Positions 1 through 7,856 of a DNA stretch of 27,890 bases are shown one piece after another. Source of the stretch: Verrucomicrobiota bacterium (GTDB lineage Bacteria > Verrucomicrobiota > Verrucomicrobiia > Limisphaerales > Palsa-1400); NCBI GenBank assembly GCA_049510745.1, contig JBEKYR010000058.1:1-27890 (forward strand). Direction: 5' to 3'. The notes under the pieces are model-generated. The model was not told where the DNA came from, did no database searches, and was given only the letters and a program-made list of their open reading frames with translations. Numbering within the stretch: position 1 is the stretch's first letter; the number at the start of each line of letters is the position of its first letter. Position numbers and translations under genes: made by a program.

Positions 1-1
1 C

Positions 2-862
2 CATGGGCGAGCGGCCGCTTTCGAGGCTAGCACCGGGAAGGAACTGTGGGCGGTGGACATCCTCCAGCGGTTCGGAGGGCACGAGCTTGCGTGGGCCTTT
101 GGGGAGTGTCTTCTGCTGGATGGACCGCGGGTCCTTGTAACTCCCGGCGGGAGCAAGGCCCTCATGGCCGCGCTGGATAAGGCCACCGGAGAAACCGTTT
201 GGGCCTCCGAACCCGGCGGGGTGCCAACCTACACTTCTCCCATCCTTTTTCGCCAGGGAGGGCGCCGCGTCGTGGCTAACTGCTCCGCCGAGCACGGCTT
301 TGGCTTGGACGCGGACACAGGAAAAGTGCTCTGGACCGTGCCTTTGGCCAACCCCTACGGCGTCACCGTTTCGACTCCCATTTATGGCGAAGGTTGCGTG
401 TTCTACGTCAGCTCTGACGGGGTGGGCGGCTGGCTCTATCGCCTGGCGCCTGGCGACACTTGGGCCACGCTAATTTGGAAAACACCGGTTGATGCATTGA
501 CCGGCAGCGGCGTGCTGGTGGATGGCGCGTTGTATACCAGTGGCTGCATGCGGACCAAATCGTTGCACTGCTTGGACTGGAAGACTGGCCAGGAACTAGC
601 CGTCATGAAGTTGGCCACGGCCAACTCCGCCTACGCCTCGGTCGCGATGGTTTGGGCTGACGGGCGGCTCTACTGTCAGGTCCAGGACGGCACGGTCGCC
701 CTGCTCAAGCCCCAACCTTCCGGGTTCGAGGTTACGGGCCGCTTCCAGTTGGTGGACGCGCGCAACGGCGACGCCTGGGCGCATCCGGTTCTTGTCCATG
801 GCCGGCTCTATCTGCGCTACCACGAGACCCTCTGGTGTTACGATGTCCGCGGACGAGAGTGA
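2..862 (+). CDS. PQQ-binding-like beta-propeller repeat protein (BamB-like), 5' end outside window
   Basis: Frame open from base 2 (HGRAAAFEASTGKELWAVD...). Repeated 'ALDKATGETVW', 'GLDADTGKVLW', 'CLDWKTGQEL' blades and C-terminal 'WAHPVLVHGRLYLR...LWCYDV'. Confidence 0.88.
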   Translation, partial: HGRAAAFEASTGKELWAVDILQRFGGHELAWAFGECLLLDGPRVLVTPGGSKALMAALDKATGETVWASEPGGVPTYTSPILFRQGGRRVVANCSAEHGFGLDADTGKVLWTVPLANPYGVTVSTPIYGEGCVFYVSSDGVGGWLYRLAPGDTWATLIWKTPVDALTGSGVLVDGALYTSGCMRTKSLHCLDWKTGQELAVMKLATANSAYASVAMVWADGRLYCQVQDGTVALLKPQPSGFEVTGRFQLVDARNGDAWAHPVLVHGRLYLRYHETLWCYDVRGRE

Positions 863-1090
863 ATGAGTTTCCACCACAGGAGAATCCCGCAGGAGGGAGG
901 AACCGACAAAGGGTTAGGCAGCGGGCAGCGTAGCGGTCGCCGCCCTCCGCGGGCGACCAGATCGACGCCACAACCTTTGGTTTCCAATTTTAGTATGCGA
1001 GTGGACTACATGTACCTCCTTAAGTGCTTTCCGCCTCGCGCCGGACATTACGAGGCCCTATAGTCAAATTGACCTGGATTCGGGTCGATT

Positions 1091-1453
1091 ATGAATCAGA
1101 TCGAATTCTTGAACCTGACGACGCAGCCGGCGATCTGGGACGCCGAGCAGACCGGCTGGTTTCTGAATATGTCGCGCGAGGACGTGTTGCTCCTGTGCCG
1201 GCGGAAGCACCTCCCGGCTTTGGCCGATCCGCCGCCGGGAGCGCAGCGGTACTTTTGGGGAAAGCGCGTGCGTTCTTTGGCGGAGGATGAAAAGTGGCTT
1301 AAAAAAGCCATCCTCATCCTCCGAAAGAACGTCACTGAAAAAAACGCCGCAGTCAAACGGAGGCAATCTCCAGCGGACGGCAGCGGTGGCGACGGCCATA
1401 ATGACGCAGCGAAAACATCAGATTCCCGAATCCGGTCCGGGAACATCCCCTGA
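1091..1453 (+). CDS. Excisionase-like (MerR/Xis-type HTH) hypothetical protein
   Basis: 'DAEQTGWFLNMSREDVLLLCRRKHLPALADPPPGAQRYF' fits an Xis-type winged HTH. Resembles small proteins recalled beside verrucomicrobial integrases. Confidence 0.6.
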   Translation: MNQIEFLNLTTQPAIWDAEQTGWFLNMSREDVLLLCRRKHLPALADPPPGAQRYFWGKRVRSLAEDEKWLKKAILILRKNVTEKNAAVKRRQSPADGSGGDGHNDAAKTSDSRIRSGNIP

Positions 1454-1500
1454 TTTGCGGAAAAAGTCCGAATGGTGCGATTATGTGTTGCGCTCGAAAC

Positions 1501-1550
1501 ATTTGTGCCCATACGGGCGCAAACGTTGGACAAATCCGGCAATTGCCTTT
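1501..1550. repeat. Cluster of GGNCAAAT-like putative integrase arm-type sites
   Basis: atttgtgccc (inverted, 1501-1510), gggcgcaaac (1515-1524), ttggacaaat (1526-1535), aattgccttt (inverted, 1541-1550). Confidence 0.45.
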
Positions 1551-1730
1551 GGCTTTCAACATCCCGGACTCGATCGGATGCAATCAAACGGTCGTCACAT
1601 TGCTGGAATCAAAATCGCAAGCCGCCCTCGTTTTTCACCAGTCAAGGCCCTTTCCGTTGCCGGGCCTAAACCACCACTCACTGAAACTCACTGGAGCGGG
1701 ATTCAAAGGCGGCGGGCGAACGCGTGCCTA

Positions 1731-1952
1731 CTAGCGGGGCTGCCGCGCCCGGAGTGCCCGCAGACGGTCGCGCAATTTCGCTGCGCGCTCAAACTCCTGG
1801 CGCTGAATCGCCCGGTGCAACTGCCGTTCGAGCTGTTCCAACGGGGAAACCGGCTGTCGCTGCCGAACCTGCGCCTCCAATTCCCGCAACACCGCTTGCG
1901 ACCGTTTGCGCTCAAAGTGAAAGACTTCGTCGTCCATCACCTTTACGCTCAT
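1731..1952 (-). CDS. Small stand-alone UvrB/UvrC (UVR) motif protein
   Basis: 'LEQLERQLHRAIQRQEFERAAKLRDRLRAL' is a canonical UVR coiled-coil motif. Co-oriented behind the Xis-like gene. Confidence 0.8.
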   Translation of the reverse strand: MSVKVMDDEVFHFERKRSQAVLRELEAQVRQRQPVSPLEQLERQLHRAIQRQEFERAAKLRDRLRALRARQPR

Positions 1953-1976
1953 CTCGCGGACCGCTGCACGCCGGAT

Positions 1977-2345
1977 TTATTTCTGCTTGACTTTCCATTT
2001 TTGATCCAGATGCCGGCGAACCTCGGCAGGGCAGAACCAAACGCGCGCACCGAGTTTCAAAAATGGAATCGCGCGGCGGCTCTGCTGCTTCCGCAACCAT
2101 CGAATGCTGGGACGACTTTCTGCCGTCCACAACATGCGGAGCAACTCTTCGGCGCACACCAGCCGATTTTGATCTTGCGCTTCACATGTCGGAGAGATTT
2201 TGGCTTCAGTAGCGTTTTGGCTAAGCCTATCTTCGCCATGCGGCGTTGATCGAATACCGTGGTTAAGATCGGTGGGTTCCGCTGGAGGGTTGCCTTTGAT
2301 CGTCATTGGGATATCAGATTCGTTTGTTCCCATAATACTTTTCAT
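1977..2345 (-). CDS. Excisionase/AlpA-like HTH DNA-binding protein (true start may be downstream)
   Basis: 'LVCAEELLRMLW...RPSIRWLRKQQSRRAIPFLKLGARVWFCPAEVRRHL' is an Xis-type fold. Directly downstream of the integrase. Confidence 0.75.
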   Translation of the reverse strand: MKSIMGTNESDIPMTIKGNPPAEPTDLNHGIRSTPHGEDRLSQNATEAKISPTCEAQDQNRLVCAEELLRMLWTAESRPSIRWLRKQQSRRAIPFLKLGARVWFCPAEVRRHLDQKWKVKQK

Positions 2346-2492
2346 GTTGCGACGGCTTCTCGCTAAGCCTATCTCATCCGATCTTTTGTTAGGCGGCTTT
2401 TTCCTCGTTCGCTGCGCACCAGAAATGGCAAAGGCCTCGGGAAAAGCTTCCCGAAGCCGTTGAATAGGATCTATTTGAAGGGATTCGTTCGC

Positions 2493-4667
2493 CTAAGCGG
2501 TTTCATTGGTTGAGAGATCGCCCCAATGCCGATAGTCCTTCTTGTCCAGTTCTGTGTGAAGATCTTTCGCGTTTAATGCGAAGAGATATCGGATAGGCAA
2601 CGGTATGCCCCTGAGTTCGGGCTTTTGGTGCCAGTACCATGGCGCGGGTGTAGGAAGCTTCTGGCGCTCCGCTTCTCGAAGGACGGTTCTGCCCGAGCAG
2701 CCCAGTTTGGGTCCGATTTTATTTGCGTCCTCTTTCCACAATTGTTTGAGGAAGTCATCCAATGGAGGCCAGATCACTTTGGATTTGCGTCCCACCGGGC
2801 CAGAGTATTCGGGCAGTCCTTCGGGAAACAACCTCGCAACTTCCTCCGGCAGGGTCACCGGCACGCCTGCTGCGCGTTTTTGCCAATACCCGACCGGAGG
2901 AACTTCGATCCCACGATCGGCAAACGCGAGGGTGAGAGTGCCTCGTGTGACGCCATATTGCTCCGCCAATTCCTCGAGTTTTTTCGTGTAAACGAGCAGG
3001 AGGAGGTCTTCCCGTTTCTCCGGCAGCGGAAGCGTGCGGCGCTTCGTCCAAACATTTTCGCGGGTTGGCCGCTTCGATTCGGGAATCGCGGCTTCCGGGC
3101 ACTTGACAAGAAACGCGCGGCGCATTCTCTCGAACTGGTCTTTGTCCATGAAAAACGTGTTCGGAATGTTGACCGGGCATTTAAGCCGCTTGAGTTCGGC
3201 GTCCGTGGCTCCGAGTGGAATGCCCCTCTTCTTCAAGTCTTCCACGTCTGGAATTCTGAGTTTGTCGGCAATTCCATAAAACTCGCGTGTCTCCTCGTCC
3301 GAAGCCTTTCCCTTGTAGTGCTTGAAAATCATTCCAGGCGAATTACCAGCCCAGAGCGCGGTTTCGTGTTCGTTCTTTGATCGGTTTAGGTGGTGTGTGA
3401 TTCCCACGTGACGCAGAACATCCGACTCCCACTCCTGAAGCTGCTGCGAAAACAAATAGTCCGGAATCAGGTCTTTCCGACCAAGAAAGCCGATCCTCGC
3501 GCGCAACGTGGTCCAGTCATGAGCGAAACCGCGGGGAATTATTGGGTATCCTGCCTCAACGTAAGTTTGGACAATCGGCACAAACTCGTCGGGTATTTTG
3601 ACGTCGCGCAATTGACGCGTCTTGCCGATAACCGAAATAAGCGACGGCTCGGACTTTCGGAATTTAAACGATTCAATTCCCAGAATTTTCCGCAAAGCCT
3701 GGATTCGGGCGAGTTCAGCAAGACGTAACGCTGCGACAATTGCAATGACACAGAACAAGAATAACCTGCCTCCCTTGAATGCCTGGGCTTCCTGAAGCAG
3801 ATTCACCACGACGCTATTCGGCAAAATTGTCGGGACCTTGTAGTCATCCTTTCGCTTTTGTAATTTAACGAGCTTCACCGGATTCGAAGGACAATGGCCG
3901 CGCTCTCTGTCCGACGCCCAGTCGAAGAAGGTGCTGAAATCGCTTTTATACCTTTTCCAAGTTGACTTTTTGGTCCCGGAGTGGATGAGTTTGTGCAATA
4001 GTTCAGATGAGACCTGATGCACCATGCATCCGGAGGGACAGGCCTTAACCAATCGCCCTAAACTGGTCTTCTTCGTATCCATTGTGCCAAACCGGAGATT
4101 GGCCTTTTCCTCGGAATCAATGAATTCTGTCACGGCGATAGCCAGCGGCTTTGGATTTGTGCATGGTTGAAAGTGCTTTATCACGTAATCAACCACCTCG
4201 CTGAGTGTCCACTTGCTCTTCGTCCAATCCGGTTCCGGCAGTTGTAACATCATCACGACGGCTTTCTCCGCGTCCCTTACCTGGTCCGCGTTGAGTTCCG
4301 TTTGGACCAAATGAAACCGCTTTGCAGCGTTTCCGTCCTCCCGTAAGAGTTCATCGCGGTAGCCGTCCGCCTGTTCGAGATTGTTAAAGTTGTTTTTGCG
4401 GACGCGTCGGGCATCCGATTCTTGTTTGGTGTCTTGGCCGCCGTTGCTACCGGATTGGATGTTCCCGGCGGGATCCTTGCCGACCGAGCCTTTCGGCCGG
4501 TAGCCGCTGACTTTTGGGACAAGTTCCCCCGACGGATTGCGGAAAGGCTTGATCGAATACCTCCCCATTGTGACGCGACAGGCAAACGCGCCGTCAGTGA
4601 TTAACTGTATGCCATCATTCTCGATGACTCGCAGCCTGGTCCGCTCATTTTCGTTCAAAGCCGGCAT
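2493..4667 (-). CDS. Tyrosine recombinase/integrase with long C-terminal extension
   Basis: SAM-like core-binding region ('FFDWAS...SNPVKLVK'). Catalytic motifs ALRLAEL (R), GKT (K), DVLRH, WAGNS and FKHY (Tyr at 3315-3317). Confidence 0.88.
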   Translation of the reverse strand: MPALNENERTRLRVIENDGIQLITDGAFACRVTMGRYSIKPFRNPSGELVPKVSGYRPKGSVGKDPAGNIQSGSNGGQDTKQESDARRVRKNNFNNLEQADGYRDELLREDGNAAKRFHLVQTELNADQVRDAEKAVVMMLQLPEPDWTKSKWTLSEVVDYVIKHFQPCTNPKPLAIAVTEFIDSEEKANLRFGTMDTKKTSLGRLVKACPSGCMVHQVSSELLHKLIHSGTKKSTWKRYKSDFSTFFDWASDRERGHCPSNPVKLVKLQKRKDDYKVPTILPNSVVVNLLQEAQAFKGGRLFLFCVIAIVAALRLAELARIQALRKILGIESFKFRKSEPSLISVIGKTRQLRDVKIPDEFVPIVQTYVEAGYPIIPRGFAHDWTTLRARIGFLGRKDLIPDYLFSQQLQEWESDVLRHVGITHHLNRSKNEHETALWAGNSPGMIFKHYKGKASDEETREFYGIADKLRIPDVEDLKKRGIPLGATDAELKRLKCPVNIPNTFFMDKDQFERMRRAFLVKCPEAAIPESKRPTRENVWTKRRTLPLPEKREDLLLLVYTKKLEELAEQYGVTRGTLTLAFADRGIEVPPVGYWQKRAAGVPVTLPEEVARLFPEGLPEYSGPVGRKSKVIWPPLDDFLKQLWKEDANKIGPKLGCSGRTVLREAERQKLPTPAPWYWHQKPELRGIPLPIRYLFALNAKDLHTELDKKDYRHWGDLSTNETA

Positions 4668-4759
4668 TGGCGGGGCTTATTGTTGCTCCTGTCAGCGACG
4701 TCATTTGCTGTATGAGGAGGAGTTTTCACGAATTCGGCGAAATCGAGTCAGGCCGGGTT

Positions 4760-5044
4760 TTGGGCAAATCGTGGTCAAATCCGATTTGTCCGTAGGAAAA
4801 GCCGGTGAATACGAGGGAATGCGTCAGGCTGCAACCTTCATCATCATTGAAGGTCACGCCTCCATGCTTCTGTCGGGAAGCAATCTCGTTATAAGTTGTT
4901 GCGTTTCTTAGGCTTAAAACAACAGAGTTCTCGGCAAAAAATGCCGGGTTTTGGCCTGAAGTCCGGCGCGGGAGGCACTGAAGTGTCGCGCGCTGCAGCT
5001 TCGTGAACGTTTGTGGACAAATTTGTAGGCAAATAATTGTCCCT
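4760..5044. promoter_or_regulatory. attP-like recombination site: arm repeats - core palindrome - partial IHF site - arm repeats
   Basis: ACCTTCA-tcatcat-TGAAGGT at 4834-4854. Arm-like repeats at 4760-4793 and 5013-5044. CAACAACTTA on the minus strand near 4892-4901. Confidence 0.55.
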
Positions 5045-5335
5045 TGCGCTTCGACCCTGGGTTGATTCGAAATCGTCATGGAAGTCCCTCCTTCTTCTGT
5101 CCAGCGGAAGCAGCCACCAACTCGGCGATTGCAGGGAATATGGAGCCGATGCGTACCGCCGAGAACGGCTGTGCGAATACGGCTACGGTGATGTTGCCAG
5201 CGGTCTGAATCCATGCGACGCCGCCGCAATCCGGCGGAGTTGTCCCGGTCGTCGCGGCCGGCGTTGGAGACGGGGTGGACGGGACGTCAGGCATGGTCCC
5301 CCTTCCTTGGGCTGAGGTTTTGCCGGTTCGGAGGA

Positions 5336-5435
5336 AATCGCCCAAAACCGCTGGCAATCGGCGCCGTTGACCACGGCCCGATAGTGGCGATGCACCATTT
5401 CCGGCGGGTTGCCCAAACGCACCTCCGCCACTTTG
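5336..5435 (-). pseudogene. C-terminal remnant of a tyrosine integrase
   Basis: 'VAEVRLGNPPEMVHRHYRAVVNGADCQRFWAI' aligns with 'TALWAGNSPGMIFKHYKGKASDEETREFYGI' of the 2493-4667 integrase. Upstream domains are absent. Confidence 0.7.
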
Positions 5436-5641
5436 GGGTTCCGCCCCGTTCCACGGGCCGTTGGCCCAAAATCCCCGGTTTCGGCATGGAAGGGACAGGA
5501 AAGGAAACTTTTTGGTTCCGCAGGTCTTCCGCAGGACACGGTCGCGCCCCGCTTCGCCCCGTTTCAGGCTGTCAAGCGGCGCCGATCCGGGCGGCTCCGC
5601 AGTCCCTCTCCGATCAGCGTCGGCTTGGAGCAAGGGGTTTC

Positions 5642-6952
5642 TCATGGTGTCCTCTCCTTGGATTTTGAGTGCATCCCTGCGGCAGCCGGGTTGCGTGTCC
5701 TTGCGGTAAGCTGGATCTTGCGGGCGACGGCGAGCAAATGATCGGGGCGGACGTCGCCATAGACTTCGGCGATCAGAGTCGGCCCTGTCTTGTCGCCAAT
5801 CAGTTGGGCGATTTCGGCGTCGGTCAGGCCAGACTGCCGCGCCTGCGTCACAAAGTACGAACGCAGCCCCTGTGGCGTCACGTGGGTCAAGCCGCAGGCC
5901 GCGGCCGCCTGGCCCAGCCGGCGGCGGTATGACGAATCGTCGCGCGGCGCCGCCTTGTCGAAGGGCGAGGGAAAGAGCAGATCGCTTTTGGCTTTTGTTT
6001 TCATCCGGCGCAGCAGTTGGGCCAGTTCCGGCAGAATCAGGACAAACGGGAACACTCCTCTTTTCGATCGCTTGACGTGGATCAGTTCCTCGGCCCAGTC
6101 CACCTGCGACCAGCGGGCGTTGAGTCCTTCGTTCAGGCGGAGGCCGCTGTAGGCCAGGTACCGCGTGATGTCCGCATCCTGTCCAAAGCCCTTCCCTCCC
6201 ATCCAGTTGGCGATGCGCACCAGGCCGTCGGGGGTGGGCGCCACTTCGCGGCAATGGCGGACCGTCGAATCATCGGCGTACCGGCCTCGGTCCCGGATGG
6301 GATTGGACTTCAGGACGCCCTGCCGCATAGCGAACTCCAGAGCGTTGGAGAGGACGATCAGGTTCAGATCGACGGCCCGGTCGCCCCCTTGTGCCTTCTT
6401 TTGGATCGGCTTGCCGCGGCACATGAATTTGGCGACGTAGCCCCCGTTGCACCGCCAAACGTGGAACGCATCGCAATCGCCGAGGGTCAGCTGTTCGGCG
6501 ATCTTGCCGCCGAAGTAAACTCTCAGCGGTGGCAGGGTGTATGTCTCGTTCTCAACCGAACGGGGAGACTTGCGCTTGAGCTTCCGCTTCTTGACGGTGG
6601 GATGCCCGGCCGCCACATAGTTGTCTATGATCTGGTTGATCGTAACCGGAGGAGATTTTGAACTTGCCGCCTCCGGCGAAGAACCGCTCTGGCCGCCGTC
6701 AGCCGTTGGAGGTTTCCCGGAAGCGGGCTCGGTCTCCTCTTTGGCGATGTAGCCTTGCCGCTGGAGCCATTGCTTTTCCTCCCACTTCTTCTTCCACTTC
6801 CGGGCCAGCTCCGGGTCGTCCGTCTTGGTGCTCTTCCAAGTGCATTTGCCTGCCAGCCGGACACGGGCGTAAATGCGGTTCCCGTTCCTCTTTCTGGCCA
6901 GGCCCGGCTCGATCAGGATGAACGCGGCGTCGTTGGTATCTTGATTTGCCAT
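5642..6952 (-). CDS. Tyrosine recombinase/integrase (second type); ORF extends in frame to 7378
   Basis: N-terminal arm-binding-like 'RIYARVRLAGKCTWKSTKTDD'. Catalytic YSGLRLNE, RSK, QGLRS, IGDKTG, EVY. Start at 6952 (MANQD) is inferred. Confidence 0.88.
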   Translation of the reverse strand: MANQDTNDAAFILIEPGLARKRNGNRIYARVRLAGKCTWKSTKTDDPELARKWKKKWEEKQWLQRQGYIAKEETEPASGKPPTADGGQSGSSPEAASSKSPPVTINQIIDNYVAAGHPTVKKRKLKRKSPRSVENETYTLPPLRVYFGGKIAEQLTLGDCDAFHVWRCNGGYVAKFMCRGKPIQKKAQGGDRAVDLNLIVLSNALEFAMRQGVLKSNPIRDRGRYADDSTVRHCREVAPTPDGLVRIANWMGGKGFGQDADITRYLAYSGLRLNEGLNARWSQVDWAEELIHVKRSKRGVFPFVLILPELAQLLRRMKTKAKSDLLFPSPFDKAAPRDDSSYRRRLGQAAAACGLTHVTPQGLRSYFVTQARQSGLTDAEIAQLIGDKTGPTLIAEVYGDVRPDHLLAVARKIQLTARTRNPAAAGMHSKSKERTP

Positions 6953-7402
6953 CACGCCGTTCTTGTCAGGCTCTGTTTTCTGGAGCGCGGCAGAATCCTC
7001 CCGGCTCTCAAGCGGCGGCGGCACAGGATATGGAGTTGGGGGGAGGGAATTCATGCCTGGTTCGGTCCTTCGTGGATAAGACGTTGCCGGCGATCCCATC
7101 TCTTCTTCCAACTTCGCGCCAGTTCGATATGGCCAGCCCCCGCCCTCCTCCAGACGGGGGAGGCCGTTCCCGCGCCCACGCGCATAAAGGCGGCCGTCCT
7201 TTCTCGAAAGACCTGGCTCGGCAAACTCAAACGCAGCGGGTTTTGTCTTTTGCCTGTCTTGCACGACGCTGAATGTGTTTGGTCCGGTTTTGCCGTTCCC
7301 GTCCCTTTCAAACTCCCTGCACTCCCGGATGTCACCCATCTGCGACAGCCGGATCGAGTTAAGGGAGAGTGCGTTCATCGGCGCCGAGAGTTCGGCTTGG
7401 AT

Positions 7403-7603
7403 TTATTCGCTGTGATCACCGACGTACCGGTCCAGGTCCGACTTACGAATCCGCACCAATCCCCCAATACGCACCCTGCGCAGGCCATTCTTGCACATGC
7501 GCCAGAGGGTGGTCCGGCTGATGCTGAGCATTTGGCAAACCGCCGTCTGCTTGTAGAAGACCTCTCCGCCGCTGCCCGAATCCAATTGTGAATTGTTCGA
7601 CAT
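7403..7603 (-). CDS. Excisionase-family HTH protein (HTH_17/AlpA-like)
   Basis: 'YKQTAVCQMLSISRTTLWRMCKNGLRRVRIGGLVRIRKSDLDRY'. Upstream of the integrase. Confidence 0.85.
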   Translation of the reverse strand: MSNNSQLDSGSGGEVFYKQTAVCQMLSISRTTLWRMCKNGLRRVRIGGLVRIRKSDLDRYVGDHSE

Positions 7604-7673
7604 GGCTCATTTTATAGCGACGCTGTGCCGTTCGCTTAATCCCTTGAGGACCAGCCTGGTCTATCTACCTATG

Positions 7674-7686
7674 AATCAGAAGCTTA
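7674..7686 (+). promoter_or_regulatory. IHF consensus site
   Basis: AATCAGAAGCTTA matches WATCARNNNNTTR, in the AT-rich gap at the edge of the xis-int module. Confidence 0.4.
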
Positions 7687-7768
7687 CATCTCCTCCAGGA
7701 GGATCAAAGAATTAGGAATTAGGCAGATTCTTGCTGCTGAGGCGCATTTTCCGATCCTCCCATGCTAT

Positions 7769-7837
7769 GTGCGCATTGGCGACGGCTACAAAGGCTGGCC
7801 TGAGGCGGCGCCATTTGACGCCATGATTGCCACTTGC
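7769..7837 (+). pseudogene. pcm: Internal fragment of protein-L-isoaspartate O-methyltransferase
   Basis: Translates [23 protein letters not shown], the Pcm signature region. No recognisable Pcm sequence on either side. Confidence 0.8.
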
Positions 7838-7856
7838 CAACTGCGAGGGGCTGGAG

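Noticed and set aside
778..788. GGCGCATCCGG matching the tRNA-Arg 3' end (possible attR)
   Set aside because: Only 11 bp, and it lies in the conserved WAHPV codons of an uninterrupted gene.
913..919. GTTAGGC (also 2388-2394) as integron attC core
   Set aside because: No matching upstream RYYYAAC with attC symmetry, and neither integrase is recognisably IntI.
1287..2249. 320-aa plus-strand ORF
   Set aside because: Antisense to the UVR and Xis-like genes, with no recognisable motifs.
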